Counted from the first letter of the stretch, positions 8,945-19,889 are shown. The stretch is DNA of 64,000 nucleotides from an uncultured Eubacteriales bacterium (GCA_964400735.1 CAYNVQ010000011.1:58673-122672); one strand, 5' to 3'. Made by a program: numbers and translations. The notes: generated by a model not told the origin, from the sequence alone.

Positions 8945-10504
8945 TCATCTGTAGGCGATATCGGAAAAATTGATGTTTTTTGTCTTGAAGGTCATGCCCA
9001 GAGCCCTATCCAGATTGGCCAAGGAAAGGATGTAGTCGACCATGGATCTGAGTTCGGCGGAGCGGGCGTCGGCCAGATCGTTCTGGTACTGAAGAATGAA
9101 GAAATTCGTCGATTTGCCGACCTTGAACTTTTCCTGTTCCGCTTCGAGTTTTTTGCTAGCCAGCTCGCGAGCTGCCCGATAAGCTTGAACTCTTTCATAG
9201 TTGATCTCTACATCTCTCACGGCGGTCTTGATTTCTAAAAAGATTTCCTGCTCCTGGTTTTTTAGCCTAAGTTGGGCCTGCTCCAGGGCGAGCCTTGCCT
9301 CTGCGTGTTGGGCCCGGGTGAAGACTGTATTCAACGGGACATCCAGTGTCAAACCGATCGACCAGTTGTTGTACATGAATTTGAAAGCATCTTTGAGCGC
9401 ATTCGTGGCCGCTCCTGGAATCGTTCCCACCACAACGCGGGTTAGAGGGTTGTTGTCGAGATACAGAATTTGGGTTCCTGAAATGCCGGGACTCCAGTAA
9501 GATGCCTGTAAATTCAAGGAAGGCAGGAGTTGATTTTTTGCATAGCTCAGGTTAAGCTTCCGGGTTTCCAGCTCTATCATCGTGGCCTTCAAGTCGGGAC
9601 GGTTGGCCATTGCTGTGGCCAAAGCCTCCTCGATACTTATCGTTTTTTTCTCGAAGACCGGCTTATCGGTGGGGATGATATCGGTCGGCTCCCCTTCTTC
9701 GAAAATGGGGAGGTTGAGGATCGTTTTGAGACGGTCCTGGTTGTTTTTGACCAGACGATCGGCCTGAAGAATATCCGCTTCCCGGTTGGCCACTTCGGAT
9801 TCAGCCGTAAATATTTCGATCGGGGGCAAGGTCCCTACTTCGATTTTCCTTTTGTTCTCTTCCAAAAGGTCTCGGGCCAGCTTTAGCGACTGCCTTTTGA
9901 CATCCAAGTTATCGATGCTGTAGGCCAAGTTCCAATACGCTTCCTCCACCCTGTAGATGACGTCCAGGAGAGTCTGTTGGAACTCTTTCTCGGTGATATC
10001 CCGGTTGTTTTTAGCGATGATAATTTCCCGGCGGTTGATCTTGAATCCGAAATTTTTCAACAGAGGCTGGCTGAAGCTGAAGGTAAGAGTGCTCCCATAT
10101 CTGGGATTGATGGTCTGGAAGCTTCTATTTGTATCGTTTTTATAAGAGTTGAGCGAGAGGTTCAGTGTCCCCCCCGTCGGTATAAGCTGATTAAAATAAA
10201 TCGTGTAGTCATTGTAGGCTACACGAACTTGGTCGGCTGCATCGATCCAGGAATAGGAAGCTGTGTTTGTCTCCCGGTTGTTGTATCCGAAAGATAAGGA
10301 AGGCAGGTATTTTTCCGAAGCTCTGGTGACGGAGGTATCAGCGATTTCCGGATTCAGTACTTCGACAGCGATGCGGAGATTGTTTTTCAATGCTCCGATT
10401 ATGCAGTCCTCGAGGGAAAGAGGTTTTTTATTTTGCTGGGCGAACGTTAGGGCGCTCATAATAAGTAGAAAAGAGAACAATCCGATCGACACTCGCTTTA
10501 ACAT
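8945..10504 (-). CDS. TolC family outer-membrane efflux protein
   Basis: Signal peptide, LSLEDCI..ALKNN, NRPDL, LLPSLNL motifs; in operon with MFP and RND. Confidence 0.93.
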   Translation of the reverse strand: MLKRVSIGLFSFLLIMSALTFAQQNKKPLSLEDCIIGALKNNLRIAVEVLNPEIADTSVTRASEKYLPSLSFGYNNRETNTASYSWIDAADQVRVAYNDYTIYFNQLIPTGGTLNLSLNSYKNDTNRSFQTINPRYGSTLTFSFSQPLLKNFGFKINRREIIIAKNNRDITEKEFQQTLLDVIYRVEEAYWNLAYSIDNLDVKRQSLKLARDLLEENKRKIEVGTLPPIEIFTAESEVANREADILQADRLVKNNQDRLKTILNLPIFEEGEPTDIIPTDKPVFEKKTISIEEALATAMANRPDLKATMIELETRKLNLSYAKNQLLPSLNLQASYWSPGISGTQILYLDNNPLTRVVVGTIPGAATNALKDAFKFMYNNWSIGLTLDVPLNTVFTRAQHAEARLALEQAQLRLKNQEQEIFLEIKTAVRDVEINYERVQAYRAARELASKKLEAEQEKFKVGKSTNFFILQYQNDLADARSAELRSMVDYILSLANLDRALGMTFKTKNINFSDIAYR

Positions 10505-10691
10505 GATGAATCTCCTAATTTTGAATATAATTCACCTATACATATTTTGACGTTTTAATGTCAGGATTCTTTCATTTCCTTCGATATTTTTAGCTACAAT
10601 GAATATACGAACGAGAAGAGCTGTAGTTATACTGGCACGTTTCTGAAGAAAAAAGACGAAGAAAAAGGGAAAAAATGCGATTATCCCTTTT

Positions 10692-10787
10692 TTAGTCTTC
10701 TTTTGAAGAAAGGTAGATGGCATAAACGAATCCGCCGAAGAGGACGGCGAAAACCGCCACCATCATCACTATAGCTTCAATCGTCAT
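10692..10787 (-). CDS. MetS-like small subunit of NSS transporter (31 aa; below ORF-track cutoff)
   Basis: MTIEAIVMMVAVFAVLFGGFVYAIYLSSKED*; single TM with GG motif; overlaps the 3' end of the NSS gene; GGAGGCGG upstream. Confidence 0.85.
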   Translation of the reverse strand: MTIEAIVMMVAVFAVLFGGFVYAIYLSSKED

Positions 10788-12264
10788 GGTCTTCCGCCTC
10801 CTCGTTGCTAACCAAAGAAAGTTTTTTAGTGATCAGTTTGTTGAATACGATGAAGACCGCTAAGGCCACACCCCATTGGAAGAGCACGGTGCCCACCGAG
10901 CCCTTGGCAAGGATGTTGAGCCAATTATCAGGATTGGTCTTGTAGCTGTCCAGAAACCACCAGACCAGCATGGCGACGAGCTGGAGCGGAAGGAAGATTG
11001 TGACAAGGTAATCGAAAACTTTTCCCATTTTGATCTTATGGCCGGTGCTAGTGATGATCTCTTTCCGGAATTTTCGCGGCCCGACTTTAAGCACCATAAA
11101 GATGAAAAAAGAGCCGCTGACCATCAATCCGAGCCCCCAGACATGATCCTGATTGTTGAAGAATCCCATGCTGATAGCCGAGGGAATGCCGAAAACGAAG
11201 CAAGCGGTCCCGACGATCGTGACGGCTTTTTTCCGGGTCAGGCCGGTGTCCATGAAGATGCGGGAGATGAGTTCCAACTGGGAGATGAGTGAGGAAAAGG
11301 CTGCAAAACAAAGAGCCAAGAAGAAAAGAGCGAGAAAGAAACTGCCGGACGGGACTTTGGAAAATAGGGTAGGTATCCATTTGAAAGTCAATCCTTCGTT
11401 TCCCTGGGCCATGATATCCAGGACTTTTTCCTGGGCCATGTTCTGGCCAGCGAAAAAAGCGAACACTGTCGGGATAACGGCTATGCCTGCGAGGACAGAA
11501 GCGATATTGTTGCCGAACCCCAAGCTGGCAGAGGTCAGAAAGGGATTTTCTTTTTTTCGTGAATAGACACCATAGGTCAGCATGAGTCCCCAACCGGCGC
11601 CGGTCGACCAGGCGGCCTGGCTCAGCGCATTGAGCCATACCTCGATGTTCCCCAACTGAGAGAGATTAGGGGAAAACAGAAAGTTCATCCCCTGCGCAGC
11701 ACCCGGAAGACTCACCGACCTTCCCACAGCTATCAGAAGAAGGACGAAAAGAGAGGGAATCAGAATTTTGTTTGCCCTTTCGATTCCTTTGGCCACTCCG
11801 AAATAAATGATGGAACAACCGATCATGATGGCTAGAAAATGAAATGCCAGAGGTCCCCAAGAGGAAGTGAAATTTTCCCAATACTGCAAGGGCTCTTTTT
11901 TGATGAGTCCTTGAAAACAGGTGGCGAAAAAGTACTTGATGCACCACCCCGTGACGACGGTGTAATAAAATGTGATAGCAGCCGTAACGAAAGCCACAAA
12001 GGTTCCCATCCAGGCAAAATTTTTGCCCATCATCTGGCCGAAGGAAGAGATCACTCCTCGCCGGGTTCTTTTTCCGATAGAGAGCTCGATAGTCAAAAGG
12101 GGGATGGCCCAGACAAAAAGAAAAAACATCCATGCGATCAGGAAAGCCCCCCCGCCGTACTGGGAAGCGATCCGGGGGAAACGCCATAGGTTTCCTGTCC
12201 CTACAGCCATGCCCAGGCCGGCGAAAACGATGCCCCAACGGGAAAAAGATTCTTTTTTTTCCAT
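10777..12264 (-). CDS. Sodium-dependent transporter, NSS/SNF family
   Basis: GMAVGTGNLWRFP, GGGAFL, GIERANK motifs. Confidence 0.95.
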   Translation of the reverse strand: MEKKESFSRWGIVFAGLGMAVGTGNLWRFPRIASQYGGGAFLIAWMFFLFVWAIPLLTIELSIGKRTRRGVISSFGQMMGKNFAWMGTFVAFVTAAITFYYTVVTGWCIKYFFATCFQGLIKKEPLQYWENFTSSWGPLAFHFLAIMIGCSIIYFGVAKGIERANKILIPSLFVLLLIAVGRSVSLPGAAQGMNFLFSPNLSQLGNIEVWLNALSQAAWSTGAGWGLMLTYGVYSRKKENPFLTSASLGFGNNIASVLAGIAVIPTVFAFFAGQNMAQEKVLDIMAQGNEGLTFKWIPTLFSKVPSGSFFLALFFLALCFAAFSSLISQLELISRIFMDTGLTRKKAVTIVGTACFVFGIPSAISMGFFNNQDHVWGLGLMVSGSFFIFMVLKVGPRKFRKEIITSTGHKIKMGKVFDYLVTIFLPLQLVAMLVWWFLDSYKTNPDNWLNILAKGSVGTVLFQWGVALAVFIVFNKLITKKLSLVSNEEAEDHDD

Positions 12265-12276
12265 GGTCGAGCCCCT

Positions 12277-12305
12277 AATTTACTCATAGCTGCCCTTTAT
12301 GTCAA
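12277..12305 (-). promoter_or_regulatory. Sigma70-type promoter of NSS transporter (very short leader)
   Basis: TTGACA - 17 nt - TAAATT, 12 nt before ATG. Confidence 0.55.
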
Positions 12306-12485
12306 CATTCCGCGCCTGCCTTCCAAGGTCGGCTTTAAGGTGTCCTCGCATTTATTCGTATCTATCCGGGGAGAAATTGTCAGCTGCAAGAGATCTTCTG
12401 CCGGTAGAAAGGGGAGATCATTGATGGCTTGAAAAGTCAGGCGGGGGGAGGACTTGCTAAGGATGAGGGACAGCCAAATGCAGCA

Positions 12486-13061
12486 TCAATTCTTGATGAA
12501 TTTCCCTCTATAGGCCGTCTTGGTCTGGTTGAAAGAAGATTCCTGCAGCCCTGCTTTGGAGAGCAGCTCTCTAATCTCCTCGACGGCCATCCCGTGCGAG
12601 ATTTTAGTAGGCTCCCAGATGAAAAAGGCACGACCGGGTTTGAGTTTTTGTGCCAGCGCGTTGACGGTGCTTTGTCTATCAGCGGGTGCGATGTCGTGGA
12701 TCACGTGGATGGTGAAGATGAGGTCGAAGGAATTATCGGGGATGTCGAGCTGGCGGATATCTCCTTGGAGGCAGACGACATTTGTATATTTTTCGAGTCG
12801 TTTTTTTGCCCTTCGTATCCAGTAGTCGGATAGGTCGATACAGGTGAGACGCCCGCCGTCTCTGAGATTCTTCAGAACGAACCGGGCCTCAACGCCCCCT
12901 CCGCAGCCGAAATCTAGGGCATTTTCGTAGCCTTCCATTCCAAAGTCATTTATGAAGGGTTTGTAGAAGAGTCCCCCGAGCAGATCCTTCAATTTGTCCT
13001 CCAATCGAAAAAGAAAAGAGGGGTGTTCAAAATCAGGCTGTTTGAACGTGTATTTGGCCAT
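12486..13061 (-). CDS. Class I SAM-dependent methyltransferase
   Basis: ALDFGCGGG, NSFDLI, LKPG motifs. Confidence 0.92.
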   Translation of the reverse strand: MAKYTFKQPDFEHPSFLFRLEDKLKDLLGGLFYKPFINDFGMEGYENALDFGCGGGVEARFVLKNLRDGGRLTCIDLSDYWIRRAKKRLEKYTNVVCLQGDIRQLDIPDNSFDLIFTIHVIHDIAPADRQSTVNALAQKLKPGRAFFIWEPTKISHGMAVEEIRELLSKAGLQESSFNQTKTAYRGKFIKN

Positions 13062-13140
13062 GGTCGACTCCTTTCTTAAATTCTATCTCACTTATTAAGA
13101 CGGCCCAGAAACAAATCTATTGCACTCAAGATGAGATGAG

Positions 13141-13204
13141 TTTGGTGACAGGTTACTAAATTAGTTTTCCTATATAATAAGTAATTTAGTAACCTGTCAC
13201 CAAA
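13141..13204. repeat. Perfect 23-bp inverted repeat (REP-like hairpin)
   Basis: TTTGGTGACAGGTTACTAAATTA - 18 nt - TAATTTAGTAACCTGTCACCAAA, 8 nt past the permease stop. Confidence 0.9.
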
Positions 13205-13212
13205 TTGATTAA

Positions 13213-15567
13213 TTACTCGTAGCGGAGGGAGTTGACGGGGTTGGAACGGGCGGCTCTGACGGCCTGGTAGCTGACAGTGAGCTGGGCGATCAAGATCGAG
13301 ATGGCGGCCGCCAGGATAAAAATCGGCAGCCCCAGACCGATGCGGTAATGATAATCCTGAAGCCATCCCCGCATAAGAAAATAGGATACCGGCCAGGCGA
13401 TGACATTGGCCACCAGCACCCACTTGGCGTATTCCTTGGAAAGCAGCATAACGATTCCCGGCACCGATGCGCCCATCACCTTGCGGATGCCGATCTCCTT
13501 GGTCCGCTGTTCGGCTGTATAGGCAGCCAGGCCGAACAATCCCAAACAGCTTATCAGAATAGCCAGAAGGGTAAAGGTGCGCACCACGGCCATCTCCCGT
13601 TCCACTCCCCTGTACATCCGGTCGTAGTCGTCGTCCAGAAACCTGTATTCAAAGGGAAATCCGGGATTGAAGGCCTTGACCGTTTTTTCGATGTGGGCAA
13701 TGGAGGCAGGGATGTCGCCAGGATTGAGCCTCACGAACAGATACCGGTAGGTCTGAAAGCTTCTGTAGGTCGGATCATAATAGATGATGGCCGGCCCGAT
13801 CTCCCGGTTGACCGGAGTGAAATGAAAATCCTTTACCACTCCGATCACCTGCAGGTGCAGATTTCCCTGCGACAGCCGGGCTCCGATCACGCTGGGCATT
13901 CCCATGATATCGGCAAAGCGTTCGTTGATGATCACAAAACTTAGGGTGTGTCCTGTTCCCGGTCGAAAGGTCTCTCCCTGGGCAAGTTCCATTTTGAAGG
14001 TTTTCATGAAATCGGGATCGACGCCGAAATAGGTCACCAGAGGGCTTACGCTTGGATCGCGCCCTTCCCAGTCCCAATCCTGGCCGTTGTTGTAGACACC
14101 GGTCGGCGAGTGGGAGGTGGCGGTCACGCTCTGGATGCCGGGGTGTTGAAGAAACTCGTTTTTCAAAGAAGGAATGTTGTCGAGCAGTTTGCCCTCTATC
14201 GGGACATACAGAAGGTGTTCCTTGTCGAATCCCAGGTTCTTGTTTTTCATGAAATGAACCTGTTTGTAAATAATTACTGTCCCGATAATGAGTATGACCG
14301 AGAGGGAAAATTGAAGGACCACCAGGGATTTCCGGAACAGAGCTCCCTTTGAATCGGATACCCGCTTTCCTTTGAGGACGGCGACAGGTTGGAAGGAGGA
14401 TAGAAACAGGGCTGGATAACTCCCGCTCAAAAGGCCTGTGGTGACGGTCACGGCCAGAATTCCCAAGATAATGACAGGATCCCAAAAATCTTTCAACGGG
14501 ATAGGTTTGGCCGTTAAATTCCGAAAAAAAGACAGCGAAAGGCGGACGATAAGGAGAGCGACCACCAGGGAGATAAAGGTGAATATCAAAGATTCGCCAA
14601 AAAACTGCCGCATCACCTGTCGCCTCTGGGCGCCCACTACTTTTCTCAACCCCACTTCCTGGGCCCTATGGGCGGATCTGGCTGTGGATAGGTTCATGAA
14701 GTTGATGCATGCGATAACCAGGATAACAAAAGCGATAAGTGAAAATATGCGGATGTTCCCGATTCGGCCCCAGGATTCTAGATAGACTTTATCCAGGGGA
14801 TAAAGAAAAGGTTCGGAGTTGGTGCCGGGATTGGACTGGCGGATGCGGCCGAATATTTTTTCGTTGAATTCGGGGATATCCACATTTTCCGCCACTTCGA
14901 CATAGGAGCGGAAAGCCAGGTTGTACCAGGTGCTCAGGTAGTTTGGCCTCCACCATTTGGTGGTCAGTTCCAGAGGAGCCCAAATATCGAAGCGGATTGT
15001 GGAGTTATGGGGGATGTCCTTCATGACTCCCACTACGCGGAATTCTTCCGTTTTGTTCAAGGTAAGAATCTTGCCCACAGGCTCTTCGTCCCCGAATATC
15101 ATATCGGCCATCGTTTCCGAAAGAACCATGACATAGGGGTTGCCGAAGGCATCCTTCGGGTTGCCCCGGACAAAGGGAAAAGTGAACAACTGAAAGATTT
15201 CCGGGTCTGCCAGCTGGATGCGCTCCTTGAACTGCTTATCGCCGTACTCGAGCAAGTGTTCACCTTGTCCGTTGCTGATCCGCGCGGCGTTCAAAACCTC
15301 AGGGAATTCGGCTTTTAAGGCCGGTGCCAGCGCCGGAACCGACCCGTTCCCCCGGGTGACCTCACTGCCGTAGTGCTGGATGGTACGGACAAGATAAAGG
15401 GAGTCCAGCTTGACATGAAAAGAATCCGTGGCCATCTCGTCCTTCACCCAAAGAATGATCAGAATGCAACAGGCTATGCCCAAAGCCAAACCGGCGATGT
15501 TGATGAAAGAATACCCCTTGTGCCTCTGGATATTCCGGAAAGCGATCCTAAAATAGTTTTTGATCAT
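13213..15567 (-). CDS. MacB/FtsX-type duplicated ABC permease (no adjacent ATPase)
   Basis: MIKNYFRIAFRN, ACINFMNLSTARS, EIGIRKVMGAS, NPVNSLRYE. Confidence 0.95.
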   Translation of the reverse strand: MIKNYFRIAFRNIQRHKGYSFINIAGLALGIACCILIILWVKDEMATDSFHVKLDSLYLVRTIQHYGSEVTRGNGSVPALAPALKAEFPEVLNAARISNGQGEHLLEYGDKQFKERIQLADPEIFQLFTFPFVRGNPKDAFGNPYVMVLSETMADMIFGDEEPVGKILTLNKTEEFRVVGVMKDIPHNSTIRFDIWAPLELTTKWWRPNYLSTWYNLAFRSYVEVAENVDIPEFNEKIFGRIRQSNPGTNSEPFLYPLDKVYLESWGRIGNIRIFSLIAFVILVIACINFMNLSTARSAHRAQEVGLRKVVGAQRRQVMRQFFGESLIFTFISLVVALLIVRLSLSFFRNLTAKPIPLKDFWDPVIILGILAVTVTTGLLSGSYPALFLSSFQPVAVLKGKRVSDSKGALFRKSLVVLQFSLSVILIIGTVIIYKQVHFMKNKNLGFDKEHLLYVPIEGKLLDNIPSLKNEFLQHPGIQSVTATSHSPTGVYNNGQDWDWEGRDPSVSPLVTYFGVDPDFMKTFKMELAQGETFRPGTGHTLSFVIINERFADIMGMPSVIGARLSQGNLHLQVIGVVKDFHFTPVNREIGPAIIYYDPTYRSFQTYRYLFVRLNPGDIPASIAHIEKTVKAFNPGFPFEYRFLDDDYDRMYRGVEREMAVVRTFTLLAILISCLGLFGLAAYTAEQRTKEIGIRKVMGASVPGIVMLLSKEYAKWVLVANVIAWPVSYFLMRGWLQDYHYRIGLGLPIFILAAAISILIAQLTVSYQAVRAARSNPVNSLRYE

Positions 15568-15688
15568 AGCTGTACTTCCTCATAGTTTAAGACGCAAGTC
15601 ACAGAAAAAAGTTGCTCCCCTCGCTTCCATTGTCTTCTTCGTGAAACCATTGTAACATATCCCCGGCATTTCCGCCGGGATAGGTGAG

Positions 15689-17083
15689 ATGAATTACGGA
15701 TGGCTCTCTCTTGTACCGCCTCTTTTGGCGATCGCCCTGGCCTTCATCACCCGCGAGCCAGTGATAAGCCTGGCAGTTGCCTGTTTGATTGGTGTCTTCT
15801 TCATGGGGCAGGGGTTGATCGGGTTTCCCGCTCTCCTGGTAAGGACTTTGGGCAGCGAAGATTTCATGTGGGTCTGCCTGATCGAGATCTGTATCGGGAT
15901 TCTGGTGGCCTTTTATCAGCGCAGCGGGGCTGTCGATATGTTCGGCCGCAGGGTCAGAGGCCTGACCAAATCACGCTCGCAGATCCAGTTTCTGGGATGG
16001 GGATTGGGCCTGTTCATTTTCTTCAGCGATTACTTCAGCCCTCTGTTCACTGGCCCGGTTATGCGGAAGCTGACCGACAAGGCCAGGATCTCCCGCGAGA
16101 AACTGGCTTATATTTGCGATTCGACATCGGCGCCGGTGAGTGTTCTGGCGCCGATCACGGGATGGGCCGTCTACATTAGCAGCCTGCTCATAGGTATAGG
16201 CCCAATAGCGGATAAAAAAGAGGCCATGTCCCTATTCATCAATTCCATCCCCTTCAATTTTTACGCCATTCTATCTGTCTTGATGGTGGCGCTGATCTCA
16301 TGGAAGGTCTTTCCCGAATTCGGCCCGATGAGAAAAGCCGAGCGCCGAGCTGCCGAGAAAGGAGAGGTCCTTCGCCCAGGTTCGATACCGATGATGAGCA
16401 CGGAACTGACGGATCTTGCCGTTTCCGAAAAAGGACGGCCGAACTTATGGCTGAATTTCTTCATGCCTGTGCTAATCGTGATTGCCGTAAACATCGGTAC
16501 CTTCATCGCCACCGGACAAGCGCGGGTTTTGGAAAGCTTTATGTTGGCTACGGTGGTCCTGGGAGCGGTCATGTTCATCCAGGGAATGGACAGCTTGAGC
16601 GGGATAATGCGATCGGTTCTGGCCGGTGTCAAAGGGGTCATGCCGGCCGTATTGATCCTGGGCTTCGCCTATTCCATCAACACGGTGAGCCGGGAGATGG
16701 GAACGGCCCAATATGTCATCGAAGGCAGCCGGGATTGGCTGAACCCCGCCTTCCTGCCGATGTCTGTGTTCATCATCAGCGCTTTTGTCAGCTTCGCCAC
16801 CGGAACATCCTGGGGGACCTTTGCCATCGTCATCCCGGTTGCCGTTCCTTTGGCATTCGAATTCAGCGGAGGCCAGGTCTCATCCTTGGTTTTGACGACC
16901 GTGGCGGCCTCGGCCGGAGGAGGGGTTTTCGGCGACCACTGTTCGCCCCTTTCGGATACGACGGTGCTCTCTTCTCTCGGCAGCGCCTGCGACCTCATGG
17001 ACCACGTCAGGACCCAACTGCCCTATGCTCTTGCCGTTGCCGCTGCGGCCTCTCTTGCCTATATGATTCTAGGTTTGGTTTAA
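15689..17083 (+). CDS. Na+/H+ antiporter NhaC family protein
   Basis: SREKLAYICDSTSAP, FATGTSWGT, GDHCSPLSDTT motifs. Confidence 0.92.
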   Translation: MNYGWLSLVPPLLAIALAFITREPVISLAVACLIGVFFMGQGLIGFPALLVRTLGSEDFMWVCLIEICIGILVAFYQRSGAVDMFGRRVRGLTKSRSQIQFLGWGLGLFIFFSDYFSPLFTGPVMRKLTDKARISREKLAYICDSTSAPVSVLAPITGWAVYISSLLIGIGPIADKKEAMSLFINSIPFNFYAILSVLMVALISWKVFPEFGPMRKAERRAAEKGEVLRPGSIPMMSTELTDLAVSEKGRPNLWLNFFMPVLIVIAVNIGTFIATGQARVLESFMLATVVLGAVMFIQGMDSLSGIMRSVLAGVKGVMPAVLILGFAYSINTVSREMGTAQYVIEGSRDWLNPAFLPMSVFIISAFVSFATGTSWGTFAIVIPVAVPLAFEFSGGQVSSLVLTTVAASAGGGVFGDHCSPLSDTTVLSSLGSACDLMDHVRTQLPYALAVAAAASLAYMILGLV

Positions 17084-17141
17084 TCAGAGACTGTGATCTA
17101 TTTCATCTCCTCAGGATGATCGGTTCGAATAGAAAAAACAA

Positions 17142-19862
17142 TCAATCGTCATCCTCGGGCACAAGGGTTACGGCCCAAGAGGGATAGGGGGCGGCACTTC
17201 CCTTAACAGCGTGCCACAGGATGCGGTTCAGGGTGTCTTCCGGGCAGGCATCGATTTGACGGAAGTTCAGACGGGCGGAAATGCGTGCATGGCGGCGCAG
17301 CAGAGAATCCGCGATCTCTTCCGGGTCAGGATTCATCTGGTCCAGCGGGATTCGATTGGGAACGGATTCGAAGGGCGTGAAATCCGGTGTGGTGGTGAAG
17401 CAGTCGAACATCGGCGTGGCCGTGGCGTCGAATTGGTTCATCGGGGGAAGGCCCAGAATCTGTTCGATGGTCCGCAGCAGGCTGGTCGTGTTGTACTGGG
17501 TGCTGACCACGGCGCCGCGCTTGGTGTACGGGCTGATGCAGTAGGCGGTGGTGCGGTATCCGCTCACGTGGTCGAATCCGTTCTGGGGGTCGTCCTCGAT
17601 TCCGAAGATGACCGTTTCTTTCCAGAAACGGCTATGGCTGAAAGCTTCGACGATGCGTCCGAAAGCCAGGTCATTGTCGGCGACGCAGGCGGCTGGCGTA
17701 GGAGAACCGGCGCGTGTCCCGCTGGTGTGGTCGACAGGCAAACAGATAAGGATGAGCTGTGGCATCTGGCCCTCTTTTTCCCAGGCAGCGATCTGGTTCG
17801 CGATGGAGCGGGCCCTCCAGACATCCGGCACTTCCATGATCCATCCCACCGTGTCCGTGGCGGTAAAGGGACGGATGGTCTCGATCGTCGGTTGGGATGC
17901 GATGATCACTTCCCCATTGCCGTGAAGATATTCCTCCCAGTAATCCTTCCACTGGGGTTTGCCCGGGCGCTCCGGGTCTTTCCACCGGCATTCGGGTTGG
18001 GCGAACTCGCCGAAATTCCAGATCGAGACTTTGTTCCGGAGAGCATTGTCCCAGATGAAACCGCTTGGAGCATAGGCCAGGGCATCGGCCTCATCCGGCC
18101 CCATCCCGTCTGGGTAGCTTCGGGGCCATCCGGCGAACGATCTCTCGAGATAATCGGTCCCGAAGGCAGTGGTGGACCACTGGTGTCCGTCCGCGCTCAG
18201 TATGCCGCAGCAGTAGGTGTTGTCGAGGAGGATGAATTCCCGAACGATCTTATGCTGATTGGGAGTCACCTGCTCGCCGAAGAGGCAGAGGTTCGGGTTG
18301 CCGTTTCCTTCGGGTATATCGCCCATGATCTGGTCATAGGTCCGGTTTTCCTTGATGATGTAGACCACGTGTTTGAACAGGCTGGGCTCGCCGATGCGTT
18401 CGGGAACGGGCCGCGCCGGCTGCCCGGGCCGTGGTTTTTCCACTGTGCGGGATATTCGTTCGCGATGATAGTTGGCATAGACCGCTTCTGTAAACGACTC
18501 TAAATCCTTCTTGTCAGGCGCCGGTACCGGTATAAGAGACAGCGAGCCGTGATAGTGATGGGTATTGAATCCCTTTCCGCCGGTCTTTTCATCTTGTTTG
18601 GGTTCCGTGGGAAGGCCTTTAATGTTGGCGACACAGAGGGTTTTGGTTTCAGGATGGAATACAACGGCTCCCGGGAACCATCCGACCGGAATGAGCCCGA
18701 GAAGCGCGGATTCCCGGTCCTTCGGGTCAAAATTCACTGCAGCGATGGCATTCTGGGTGCCGTTGGCCGCATACAAGTACTTTCCATCGGGTGAAAAGCA
18801 GAGGGCGTTGGGAGAGGCTCCGAAAAGGTCGGCCGGGTTGGCTTTGACCCATATGGTCTCGGCCACCGTGTCCGTCCGGGTATCGATCACGCTGAGGTTG
18901 TCGCTGGCCGCATTGGCGCAGACGATATAGCGGTTATCTGGTGATACCGCGAGTGCAGAGGAGTGGAGGTGAACGAGAATTTCTTTTGTGACTCCTGAAG
19001 CGAGATCGATAACGCTCACCGACCCCTCGTTGGCGATGTGTTTGACGGGATCGACCTTGACCACCGTGCCCCGTCCTGCCGGTCCGGTCAGATCTCCGGT
19101 TTGCGGCCGGCGGCCTCCCCAGTTGCTGACATAGGCTTTGCCATCCAGAAGCCGGACATCGAACGGGGCCACCCCCACATCGAAAGTTTGTGTTACTTCG
19201 TTGGTTTGGGCGTCGATAACCAGCAGTTGGTTTGAGAGGTTGCCGCAGACGTAGAGCGTTTGCCCGTCTGTGGAAAGGGCCAATCCGGCCGGGATTTCGT
19301 TTTCCCGCCTCGGTGCATCGGCCGAAGGAAGAGGTATGGAATGGGAAGGTGCGACTGTACCGTCTTGCGAGACGGAGAAGACCTTGATGCTGCCGTTGAC
19401 ATTGCTGAGATAGATGCAGCTTCCGTCGGGCGAAAAGATGAGGCCGGTGTAGCTCAGCTGGCCCCTTTGGTCGGATTCGAGGATGTTGGTGGAGGAAGGA
19501 TCGGCAGAAGGAAAGTTTTGTTCCTCGGATGGAAGATCGACCCGCTGGACGATTGTCCCGGCCGCAGGATCTATGATGACGAGTTCATGTGTTTTTCCAG
19601 AGACGGCAAGGAACCGGTTGTCGGGGGAAAGCGCAAGAGCTTGGGGGCGCAACCCGGGAAGGGGGATCTGCTTTCCGGCAGGCAGCAGGACTTGGTTGAC
19701 GGGCAAAACTGTCCAGTTCTCTCCGGCCGCACCCGCCTTCTCTATATCCGGATCCGGTGCGTCTTTTCGGCATGTCATTATCCCGACGAGCAGGACCAGG
19801 ATGAATAATAGAGGTATCAAGCTAACTGCGAAACGAATCCTGTTTTGTTTTAAAGACGACAT
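17142..19862 (-). CDS. YncE-like beta-propeller fused to alkaline-phosphatase-superfamily phosphoesterase
   Basis: YVTN-type repeats (YVSNWG, PVGWFP) then HVVYIIKENRTYD, SADGHQW, DNDLAFG, EDDPQNGFDHV. Confidence 0.9.
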   Translation of the reverse strand: MSSLKQNRIRFAVSLIPLLFILVLLVGIMTCRKDAPDPDIEKAGAAGENWTVLPVNQVLLPAGKQIPLPGLRPQALALSPDNRFLAVSGKTHELVIIDPAAGTIVQRVDLPSEEQNFPSADPSSTNILESDQRGQLSYTGLIFSPDGSCIYLSNVNGSIKVFSVSQDGTVAPSHSIPLPSADAPRRENEIPAGLALSTDGQTLYVCGNLSNQLLVIDAQTNEVTQTFDVGVAPFDVRLLDGKAYVSNWGGRRPQTGDLTGPAGRGTVVKVDPVKHIANEGSVSVIDLASGVTKEILVHLHSSALAVSPDNRYIVCANAASDNLSVIDTRTDTVAETIWVKANPADLFGASPNALCFSPDGKYLYAANGTQNAIAAVNFDPKDRESALLGLIPVGWFPGAVVFHPETKTLCVANIKGLPTEPKQDEKTGGKGFNTHHYHGSLSLIPVPAPDKKDLESFTEAVYANYHRERISRTVEKPRPGQPARPVPERIGEPSLFKHVVYIIKENRTYDQIMGDIPEGNGNPNLCLFGEQVTPNQHKIVREFILLDNTYCCGILSADGHQWSTTAFGTDYLERSFAGWPRSYPDGMGPDEADALAYAPSGFIWDNALRNKVSIWNFGEFAQPECRWKDPERPGKPQWKDYWEEYLHGNGEVIIASQPTIETIRPFTATDTVGWIMEVPDVWRARSIANQIAAWEKEGQMPQLILICLPVDHTSGTRAGSPTPAACVADNDLAFGRIVEAFSHSRFWKETVIFGIEDDPQNGFDHVSGYRTTAYCISPYTKRGAVVSTQYNTTSLLRTIEQILGLPPMNQFDATATPMFDCFTTTPDFTPFESVPNRIPLDQMNPDPEEIADSLLRRHARISARLNFRQIDACPEDTLNRILWHAVKGSAAPYPSWAVTLVPEDDD

Positions 19863-19889
19863 GTCGATTCCTCCTCCCGTCAGATCTCT

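Noticed and set aside
17211-18503. 430-aa plus-strand ORF
   Set aside because: Antisense to the well-supported phosphoesterase gene
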